Assembly: GCA_002633005.1 (NCBI GenBank)
Contig: NMRA01000184.1
Coordinates: 375,255 to 439,254 of the forward strand
Reading direction: 5' to 3'
Source of the DNA: Phoronis australis
Taxonomy: Eukaryota; Animalia; Phoronida
Length of the DNA stretch: 64,000 nucleotides
Notes under the pieces: generated by a model
Databases searched by the model: none
Seen by the model: the letters and a program-made list of their open reading frames with translations, nothing else
What the model was told of the DNA's origin: nothing
Shown here: positions 27,301-39,300 of the stretch, one piece after another
Numbering within the stretch: position 1 is the first letter of the stretch
Layout of the letters: each line of letters starts with the position of its first letter
Program-made: the position numbers and the translations under genes

Positions 27301-30300
27301 AAGCGTTCTTTTCCTTTGTTTGAATTGAAATTGGTTATTGGCACCTGAAACAGCCTCATCTGAAGTAGACTAACAGTGTCGGTTCTTTTAAGTTCTGATC
27401 TAAGAACAGCAAAATCTCACCCATTTCGGACAAAAATAATAGCCATAAGTGCAATGTTTTAATTTATCAAGATACTGACATTGTTGTGAATGTGATTACC
27501 CACTATTTCTTAAATTCCCAAAACCTTGTCTGGCGATAGTGATGGCATAGAGCCTTGAAATGATAAAGCACTTTTTGGGGGTTGCTGATGTTTTAAGAAA
27601 AAATGGGGAAATTTTCCCCTTGTCTGTAACACTGAGTCCAAAACTGAAGAAATTTTACCACAATGAAAAATGTGACCAGGAACATCTACAGTAAGTGGCT
27701 TAATTCAACAGTTGGCCTTTTTGACCAAAGGCTTGGGTTTATTGCATCTTTTAAACGGTTTTACACCAGGTGTACAACATATCATGACACCCAAACAGTA
27801 AGCTGCTAACTATTTTGCAAAAATTTCAAAGTAACTAGATACAGGCTTATGTTTATAAGGGGGGCTTATCGAAATTTAATTTCAGCGATGACAGTTCCTG
27901 TAACAACTTAAGACATTTCTCCACAAACTCAAAACCTTTCCATTACCGGCTACACCTGAATACGGAAATCCAATACGAGAACAGACGATGGGACAATGGA
28001 ATGCCATTAACTAGCACAAAGGCAGCCCAACTCTCGGGAGAAAAAGCACAACTGGCTTTTCTAAAACGGGTGAAATGGATCCACGGTTTAGCGACATCGA
28101 TTATCTGACTGCCCCTGCTCAACAATTACAGACGAGCTACAGCAAACAAAGGGGGAGACAAATCAGACAACAGAAAATGGAGACAGCAGACCTCGATTTT
28201 GGACCACGTCGGTTCATATGGCACAGACTGGGCCAAAACTGAAACCACAGTGTTGCCTTAAAATGCCTGTAAGTTGATAGGAAAATGCGCCACAATGAGA
28301 TGATAAATGGAAGGATTAATTTCTAACAAAATATTCTCCTGTGACAACACAACAGGTAGTCGACTTCATTACCACAAGTTGTCTTCATGACCACAAGCAG
28401 CACTCAGGGTTTAACAAATTATGAAATTCAAGCTAATGCACTGTTCAGTTTTCAGCTCAGTTGTCTGAAGATTCAGTCAAAACTAATTTCCTTCAGGATA
28501 ATAATGATACCACAAAACCGACATTAGCATTTAGCGATAAACTTAATTTCACACAAAGATTTTTTCCAGTCTCATGACTCAGCTGAACTGCTAAGACCAC
28601 AAGTATCAATTATTAGTATTAATGTGATGTGAATTTTCAAACTTCCTAGCTAGAAAAATACTCAGTTTTCCTCGCGTCTCAACCACTTTGTTAGCCTCCA
28701 ATTCATACAAATGTGAACCACTGAAACTATAATGTTGTAGAACATTTCGTCAAAGTGAAGTCCATCCCAAAACCGGCATAAAGTGGGCAGTTCTTGGACG
28801 GACAGTTTGTAACAGTTTGGCTAACTTGGCCAGTTCTTGGACGGACAGTTTGTAACAGTTTGGCTAACTTGGCCAATTAGGGTGTCAAAAGTGCCTAATA
28901 CAAACAGTCACAACAGTGCTAAGACATATGTGTACTAGCAAGGCGTCAGTAAGGATTTGAGACAGTATCTGACAGCTTTGTGCACCCCTGCAATGAATAC
29001 ATCTCGTACCTGGGACAAGACAGTAGAGAGACTGTGTCATATTTTAAAAAAAAATAATTGTCTCTCGCTGCATTTCTGATAGGCACAAAGTTGCTGTCAT
29101 AGACTGTGGGATATAGTGAATTAATCATAGGCGACAAGGCCTGGACTAATTGAAGAGACTAATTTTGATATCTGATGACACGATGACTGTGACCTGCTGG
29201 TGCCACAGACAGTTGCTACCCAACATTTAACCAAGTTGTTTTCCAAGGATCCAAAAAGTTAAAATTTTGATACACATTGTGTCACAAGTCAACACAGAGA
29301 CTTCTGCATCATATAACAATACCACATTGCCTTGAGACAACTTAATATAACAAGTTCATGATGATAAACAGTGAAAAGCAAGATGAAAATCAAGGTGAAA
29401 AGCAATGCGCTGGACTTGAGTGACTAGCAAATAATCAGACACTTCCCCCCAGGCCATCTTGCTTGTGACAAGTTCTGGCACATGATTACCAATCAACCAA
29501 TAGAACAGAAAGGTCGTAACCCCATCTGGAGGGCCCCCAAGGGAATTACATAAGAGGCCCTCCTGGTGTCAAAAGTTTGATTAAGGCCTTCAAGGAGAAC
29601 CCTGTAATTATAGTTAAAGACTGTCCAGCTAAAGCCCACCTAAGCATAATTGCCTGTGATCAGCAAAATAGATAAATTGCAGAGGGTTTAAAATGTGATA
29701 AATGCAGTGCAAAAGCCAAAATTGACTACAAGAGTCTGAACAGCTGGGTTTAAGCACACTAGTTGTCAGGAATCCAGATTCTAGTCATGAACCGCTCCTG
29801 TAGGTAGACTTGTAAGTTTACCGTAACGACAAGGCGATAAATTCAGAACCTTTATGTGCCAAAAAATACATGGGACTGGATGTTAACAAAATTATGAAAA
29901 TCTTGTCAACACTAGAAACTTGAAACTAACCAGAACAGACCAATACAATTTCAACACAGAGGCAATACTTTTTTGGTAACCCAACGGGGTGCCTGTCTCC
30001 ACTGGGTCATCACAGTACATCAGACCCATGTCATCTCATTTTTTCTTGCCATACAAACAAATTCCTGCCAGTATCCCACTGGGTCAGTCAGAGTCGGGTT
30101 GCTAGCTTGTCAGAGATACTCTGACAAAACAATGAAGCACTCCACACAGGCAAGGCCGCACAGCAAGAGAAAAGGCTAAGTGAAAAACGAGAATGAACTG
30201 CAAGACATTGCCCAGATTCCAAGGAGGTTTCGCAGATTGTTTCATTCTGATGCAGGGTTAGGCCATCACCAACATTGAATTGGAATTTAATTTGAGTTTA

Positions 30301-33300
30301 TTACAGCCTTTAGGGACTAAGGGAGACTGGTGACAAAGAGAGGAATAGACTCCACTGAACAGGCCAATCAATGTCTATACAATAAAAGAGTTCAATAAAG
30401 AGCATAAATGTTTGTCAGCCTCAAGGCCCTTTCATACTAACATCGATGCCTCCATGTTTTGTGGAGTTGCAGTCAGTGTGAACGGTTAACTTTGGTCCAG
30501 GATAGAAGTTAACAGTGTCAGTTAACTTTGCAGTGAACAGGTGGATTTAATAGTGGAGCATCGACGGTTAACTTCGGTCTCACTGCAGTTATCGCTAGGG
30601 GCCACTGTTATAGTCAACAATTAAAGGGCAGAGTCGTTGCTAATAGTTGCTTACATTTTGCTTGAACATCACCAATCAAATTAGAAAAAAGTTTGATGTC
30701 AATTAGCAAATGTATATGTTCTCAAATTGTCACATTAAAAAATCTTAGTATGGATGGGATGCATCAGCGCTATCTTAAGATTACTTCGATGACAACTGCG
30801 TGACCTATCGTTTACTTCAATGCTGTTAACTACCAAAGCTGGTATGAACGATTCAAATAACTTTGCAGTTTACGACGACGACACTTCACTCATACCAAAA
30901 TAAAGTTAGTACGAAAGGGCATTCAGGTCCAACTGAGAGCAAGACAAGGAAAACATCTCTGGTTAGTGGGAATTTATTACTAACAGATCGCTAATAGAGT
31001 TGGCTTCCATTTCATCACATTCTACCTGAACAATTAATGAGTGCATTGAAACCTGAATACCTGAATCGGCTTAATTAAGCAAATATTTTTGCTCCACTGC
31101 TTGCGAGTACCAAGATTGAACATATTGTCAGTTCAGTCAGGGGTGAATTCATTGACTTCAATTCTTTTGCAGCACTAATTATTTAAGTGCAAGTTTTCCT
31201 GAGGGCACATAATGAGAAACAAAAGGGCCAGAAGTAATAGAGTTGTTTGGTTGGAAAAAAGACCACAGAGTTCCTGTACTCAACATTACTGGCACATAAC
31301 AATAGACTACAATATAAAGGATTTCCGACAACCATGCTCAAGAATATTTGCTCACCAATTTGTGCCTACTTGAGCACTTATGGACATCTTTGGAGTTACG
31401 TAGTGCGTCAGTTAAATTTGCTGGACCTAGTAATTGCTCTCACACGACAGGTAATTGCTAGCATGCATTGATTTTTCTTGCAAGAAGATGGAAACAACAA
31501 CAGACGCCAAAAAGCAGTTAACGAACCAGCGGGAGAAGCAGAAACTAGACAGAGAATCCTACGCTAGTGCAATGTTCACACTAGTGCAATGTTCACGAGG
31601 ACCACAAATTTTAGAATATTAACTTCTCATATTTGGATGTTGATAAAAACTGACTTTGGCAATGCAGTTATGGCTAAGAGGATTAGCACAGCATGTGACA
31701 ATGCGTTCAGACCATTTGGTCAGGTCATTGCTTCTATATAACACCAGATAAGTAGAACTAAACGAGCGTCGTTTTAGACTGTGATTTCTAGCAAGAACAC
31801 TGGATTATGGACAATAATCGTCTTAATGGAAACGTTTATCATCAACGCATATCAGAAAAACAAGACATGAACATTTAACTGAATCCCTTCCGTACACAAT
31901 TCGATGATAAGACACTGATGTTTCCTTGTCATCTCCTTTCAGACACCAAGTTTCTAGACTAGCAAATGTTTATCCAGCACTCCAAAGTAATGTGGGGCAA
32001 GAAGACAAATACTTAAAGGAACATCATTGGTTTTATGGCCAAAAAAATGCAACTTCAGCTTATTGTTGAAAGGGGGAGACTTTTTGAAGTTATTGGCTTT
32101 GACCAGAACTATAAAACACCAACACTTATTGTTTTAGTGATTTGATTACAAATCACCAACTCTCGCCATTCTCTTCCAGAAATTCACTGAAATCAAAGCT
32201 GGAGAGTTTACCAGTTACATCCGTTTAAAATGCTGCTCTGTCAGTAAAGTGTTTGGCTGCAATGCAAGAATTTCAGGTTTGATTCTGCGCTACGGCTGAT
32301 TTTAGAAAAAATATCTGGCTGATAATGTCATCTTGACCATTACATAAATGTACGAATATAAACAACTGGGAGAGAATTTAATATCTTTGTGTTCTGGTAC
32401 CATCTTTCTGCAATAGCTTCTGGACTGGGAAACACATCTTTATCATTTAAGACAGGGAAAACTGACCCCATTTAGAATCTGTTCAAATGAACACCAGGAA
32501 CTGGAAGTATTTACAGATGTTGTTTAAGTAAAGAATCTAAACTCTTTTTTTACAACCGAATTCAAAAGACTGTAAGTGTTTAGTCAGAATGAACTTAATT
32601 GCGCGTCAGTCAAATTAGGCTCCACGTTGTCTAAACTACGCTTTTTACACACATTGGCAGAAAGGTTCAATTACAACACCTACGTGAGGTTATGCATTTT
32701 GTATGCCTTCGTAAAACAGGATTGAAACCTTAAACCACAGGTGTCTCAAATGTTTTAACTCCACGTGAGTTGAGAAATATTTTTTGAACAGCAGAGTGAA
32801 GGTCTTTTCACAGCAAACTGACTCCGGTAGCAGAGAAGCGTCGATGAAAACAGCAAAGATAGTGGAGTCTTTCACAACAGCTTTGGTAGTCAGGAGCCAC
32901 TGAAGTTATTGCAATTAGTTGTGCGGGTCATAAAAGTTATGATGTTCCAAAAATTTATGAAGGCATAAATTGTTAAATTTGAAATACTGTATGCCATAGA
33001 ATAAATGAAACGTAATGCATACAGTGGTAGAACGGTGAATATTTTTAAAAAATATATTACGAAATAATACACCATGTGCTGATATGGTCAGCAAAATCTG
33101 CCGTTAACTGCGACACAGAAGTGTCAACACTCCACTGTTAAATCCACCCCCCTCGATATGTTGGCATTTGAAAGGCACGAGAGGAAGTAATATTTCCAAT
33201 AGAAATGTTATACTCACCGAATCTGTGGTCGTGCCTGAGACGGAATATGTTTGCCACCTTAGAGAGGCAGCCTTTGTAGTATCAGTAAGGTTTACTGAAA

Positions 33301-36300
33301 GAAAATGATATCGTTCATCAATATCGAGTTGGACAGTAATATCAACAGCAACCAGTAATAGTTCTAAGAAAATAATTTGATCAAGTTCTAACACATAAAT
33401 AGAAAGTGTTAAATGCTTACACCATGGTTAATATTTGGACATTTTTATCTATTTATGACATAGAATGGTGATAAAAGGTAACTCGCAACAAAAATTCAAA
33501 AAACAAGAGAAAAGCTGTTCTTCATGTTCCACTTTGCAAACAGGAACCTGAGGTGTTAAAATTGGACAAACCTGTAAGACCACCATAGCCATTACACAAC
33601 TGTGTTTGTTTTCATAAGAAATTAACAACCTTTTTCACTGAAAATGTTAGCAAACATTTTGGCTTGATATAATGGGGAAGAAGGAGTCCATTATTCTACC
33701 TGTATACAAAATGAGACCATTAAGTGGCATGAATTGCGCTCATTTAGACATGAACAAGAAAATGTTGTTCAAAACTTAGGGAACTTCATTCATCATAAGA
33801 CTTCGTATAGGCGGTCTTTCAGAATGTCTGATGGACTAAAATCTTGGTGAATGACAACAGTATAAAGGAATGGTTTTATTAGTGGACCCTGCCATTATTT
33901 CATAACTACATTAGCAAATCTAATGGGTCTATCAACTACTATACTGCAAGCCATTTAATATTGTTTAAGTTGGACAGAAATCATAATACTTCTCTAGAGC
34001 TATTTTTCTATAGCCTTATGTGCCATGTTCACTGTTTGGTTAAAGCAAAGAAAATACCAGCTACCTCTGCCATTTCTATACCTCTATTCAGAGCATAGCC
34101 AGCACACCCAAAACAAACACAGGCAACCCATTAGGTATGCATAGGCAGAATAAAAGGCCAGCCAACTCCAGGTAACAGCCCCCTGTGGCAGGCACATCAG
34201 GTGGCCAGAGACAAAACTCATTTCATAATGAACAAAAAGGAGTAATCAAGACAAAATGTTAAGCGCTGTGTTTATGACACTCAGATGCTTGGCTGAGGCA
34301 TTCGTGTCATCTAAACCACTAACAGTTTAAAATCAGTCATTGTTCGTCGATGCTTTTTCTATGTTATTTATAACTAATTGCTAAATTGTGATCCAAACTT
34401 TCAAAGAACAAAACTCTCATTTACAACACATCATCAGCCATGCAGCCTCCTGCTTTATCTGATGTTTCCTGGTTTCTCTAGATTTTTTAGATTTTGCTGA
34501 AGCAAGAATGCGCGATCTCACTCAGCCATACAGGCTCCAGGGTTATCTGAAGTTACATGGTTTCTTTAGATTTTTAGATTTGCTAATGGGGGACTGTGAG
34601 TTACTACTCAAAGCTGTGTAATCTGTAGTCTTTGGTTCAAGGAGCTAAAACATGTAAACATGGTATTTAAACCTGAATTCACTGGTCAGAAATCAATGGC
34701 AGGTAATCTGGGAAATCCTCTGCACCAGCTGCAGTAGGAGTTCACAATACATTCATAATTCATCCCTGGTTGCTTTGAAGTATAATTGCTGGCAGGAACA
34801 CTTGAATGCCTTCACTGGGTGGCAGGCTTAGCTGGTTGTAGGTTAATCAGTTCCCACAAAGAGGCCTGGTGAGTAATACTGTACTCAACAGAGGGGGAGT
34901 CCTTCTAAGTCCCCTATTGTGTTGATGAGGGCAGGGGTGTACCAGTGACCTTTCACTGAGGAATTAGGTAGACAAAAACCCAGCAGGACAGGCTAATCTC
35001 CTCAGCCTACTCAGGAACAAGGCAGTTAGTCTGTCCCAGGTGATTATGCACTGTGGATTGGAACAGCTTACTTCAAGAGGCAAGCTGCTCTAATAAATGA
35101 GCAGATTTCAGATAAAACTTGATTAAACAAAGTATCCAATTAAAAGCTGCACACATTCATTTCGCAGTAAATTAATTTGAAATCATACTGACCAGACATG
35201 GTTTGGTATTTGCTGCTTAATAGACAACTGACCACACTTGACCACAAGGTTTGTTTTAGGTGGAAAATGTCAGTGCTGTGTTACTAAACCAGCCCAAGAA
35301 CTATGAAAGTGATCCAAGAATAATATCGATGTTGGCCTATTGTTCTCAAATTTGAACTGAGAGGTTGATTTAGGAGTCCTTATTAACTTCCAGCTGGGTG
35401 GCTCTGATTACCCCCATGTGCTGCTATCACCTTCTGAGAAATAGGCTTACAGGGAATCTAATTTAGAAATCAACAGGACATGAAACTTGGCAAACACCAA
35501 AAACAAGTCAACACTTGCCAGCAGTCTTGTGAGCAAAAGCAGGAAGTTGAGTAGATAAGACCTCACTGGTGGAAGATTCTTAAAATTCAGTGACTGAAAG
35601 CCATGACTGAACTCAACTGGTGACTTCAACTGGCATTCTTTCAGAAACGTAATAAATGCGCTCTTTACGAAATTCAAACCCTTTGACTTCTACAGGTCTC
35701 TTAATCAGGATTAAGGATAACAATGCGCGACTTGAGCACTCTTGTCAAGGCACTGTTTGCCAACATTTATTAAGGTTTGAACTAATATTAAACTAGGCTG
35801 ATTTACAATGTTACAATGGAGAATTACCCCCTGAAGATCATAAATTTCAAACAACTTCTTATCACCGTTTAAACACGCCTATCCAAACCTTTCTTTCAAC
35901 TCGACACAACGCAGGAGGAATATCGCCCCAATTAATTACGACTCATTAAAATTATGTATCACAGATAGGCCTTCGCGGGTTTCTCAGATACTCCCAATAA
36001 CACCTGTACAGAAAAGCTTATCATGGGAATTTCTGTTTACCCCCATAGCTTTACATCATACACATAATATTCTTGTGTACAAATAAAGATAAGAACTACA
36101 TAGACCTACTGTGCCCTGCAGACAACCCACTGCTCAAACAGCAAATCACCCCTGTGATGATGGGTCATTATAAAGCCTAAGAGAAGATTAATATATTTGA
36201 AATTCCATTAAAACCAAATGAATATGCAATAAAATCTAATTTGTCAGTCACCACACATGGTGAGCTCTATGTTGAAGAGTTACTTAAAGTTTTAGACTCA

Positions 36301-39300
36301 ACTGGTGACTGAAAATGAGAAACAATTTTTTGGACATTTTCTTTCAAATAGCAGGAGTGATTTTTCACTATTGAAAATTTCAACTGAGAAACAAAAATAT
36401 CTGACTGTATACGTGAACTAAACTATAAGCAATTTAATAACACATAACTAATAAATTGAGTAAATTCATAGTCAAACAAAAAATGAATTTATTCACTCAC
36501 GCATAAGACCTTCACCGAAGTGCCCAAAATTTTTTAAAAGGACTAAATTCCTTAACACCCATACATAAAACCTGACTAAAAATGTCTGTATATTACACAA
36601 CAAAAACAGCATCACATTCGTCTTCTTCCTCAAATGGAGACCTGCGGTGGGGTTTCAAAAAACCTTTTTCACAGGTTGCACTCACTGCAGGTGCAAGTTA
36701 TTTTTTTACACATTCTAAGACTTGTAGAACACTTGACAAAACAACAAGAAAATGTCAACAGACCATGAAAGTTATTAAGCAGAAAAGAAAAATTCTCTAG
36801 GCACGTAAGTCCTGAAATTGAAGACTGAAGCCCCTTTCACACTGGCTAAAATGCAAACGTTTTCACCAGCACTTTCACTAACACAGAGAACGCCAATAAT
36901 GCGATGTGCCACTTTTGCTGGAGCTGAACTGGAGGTTTGAGTTATCCCCAAAACTACTTACATTTTTGGTCCAACTTATGTAACCAGACCGCTTACTTTT
37001 AGGACACACACCCACAAGGGAAGGAAGCCTGTGATTTTCTCTGAGTTAATCAATTTGTCAGAGAGTGAAGGTGTTTTTTGACATCAATTTATGATCTAAA
37101 AGGGTTTCGATTCACGTGGTCAGAAAATAAACCAACTGCTGGCGAAAATGACCCCTTCATGGACAGCATGTGTCCAGTTAAAATGCTAGTGTTTTCGCCA
37201 CTGAACAACTGAGGTGAAAACTCTTGTGTTTTGGACAGTTTGTGAACTGGGCAATAGTGATTAGGAGAGGAGCACATTATCCTACTCAACCAGATTCCCC
37301 AACTAAGCAGCTTTGAAGAAGGATAAATCTCTAAAAACATATAATTTGGCTGAGAATTAACTTCAGCATGACTGGATTACAAAGGCAAATGATTACGTAA
37401 TTGGAGTGACGGAAAATCTCCCTTTGACCACACGCACAAAATATTTCAAACTTTTAATATTTGTATGCTGCAAGCAATTCATAGATTGTGCAGAATCTCC
37501 TCAGATTTTGTTCCCGCGTTTCACACGTTCACAAGAGCAGGTATATTACTAAGACATTAGTTCCCAGCACATACTTAAATATGGCATTTACATGACAAAT
37601 GTTTAGCAATGTCTATAGATGGCATACATAGGTTATGTCCATTACAACACTAATCATTGGTCATGATTTCAAAGACTCGACCAAATGTGTCTCCAGTGTC
37701 AGGCAATGGCACACTGATCTTTCAAACTCAGACGACATGGAACATTAATATCATAAATCCATAGCAAGCCTCCAGTAAATATTATATCACTGACGCACAT
37801 AACCACAATGATTCTTAACAGTTGGTACAGCTTAAAACTCAAGAGCCGGGACAAGGCATAAAAAGAATGACATAATGTACAAAGACTCCATTTCCGTAAT
37901 AAAACTCTTGACGACAAATCCCCCTCAGGTGGGCAGTAGAGGAATGAATGTACATGGATGAATCAACCAAAATCTGTGGAACTCTTAAATAGCCACTGTT
38001 GCCAAACATGGCATTTCCGTTGGACACAATTAAACCTATTTTTTCACACCTTATTAACGAACACCTGAATCAAGCTATACCTGATACAAAGCTACATGTT
38101 TACAAAATCTATGTCCCACTCAGTACATACGATTGAAAGAAAACAAAGGCCTATGAATAGCTAGCTGTATGCTCTACTCTGACCCAAAAAGCGAACTTCA
38201 TAGGAAAGCTATGCGTAATGATAATATTATTCCTGCTTGAAGAAGGCAAAACAATGCTTAGAAAAGATGAAACCATAGCATTATGTAGGCCCGCTTAGCA
38301 CAGATCTGTGTTTGATGGGTATTACACTTGTGTCCCACTTGCTAAATTCCTAAGAAATTGCTAACTATATGAATGGTCAGTGCACTTTCTTCTAAATCAA
38401 GTTCCACCAGTGATAATACTCCTATTTCACAAAAACAACTCCAGTCTGTCTGGGCACCAAACTCTTTTGATCTTTGATTAGTCAGCCAGACAAAATATGA
38501 TTTTTATCAGTAAAATCTTTTTATTCACGAGAACTGATGTGTGCTGGTTTCTTCAAAAGCCACCATTCTAATTACAGAGAAGTTGTAACAAAAGGCTCTA
38601 TTGCCAGTTTTCTGAAGGTTTGCTGGGTATCTGTTTGAACAAAGACGCAATTCTTTTCAGGAGAAACTAAAATATTGCATAGCTGTCAATCTATTGTTGC
38701 TGAGAATCAATAAGGGCCAATGGTAGTAGAGATAATTTACAGCACTAGTGTGTTCCAAAGGGGCATGCAATGAAGAAATTAAATCAATTTCATCAATTTC
38801 TTTAACTGGTACAGAAATAAGAGAAAGGTAAGAATATGACGAGTCTCAATTATAATTTGATAACTTGGTAAAAGTTTGATTAAAGGAAAGGGATAATCAC
38901 GACATATTGGCAGGGAGCTGGTTTGTCCACTTGAGAGGACTACACTAGTACCATGCCTCAATGAATATTATAAACCAAATCATTACATCAAAGAGGCATT
39001 TCACAATGAGGTCCAGACATCCACACATGGTGTTTTGGAGGAGTTGACTGGTCCAATTTTGGACTGAAGTTATAAATCGGTAAATAAAACAACAAGAATG
39101 GATCAACTGAAATTTGAAATTTTCGGAGGTAACAACTTCCTTTATCAACAAAAACAGAAATAAAGTAAAATCAAACACGAAATGACAATTGACATATAAG
39201 ATATGGTGTAATGAAAATGATACATTTTTGCGTAAAAAATTCAATGACATATTTTAAGTTTTTATGTTCAATCCATGAGGTTCTATTGTATTCAGTTTGT

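Noticed and set aside
28795-28816. TGGACGGA (miR-184-like seed) within the 43-bp duplication
   Set aside because: Only the seed matches; the rest differs and there is no hairpin.
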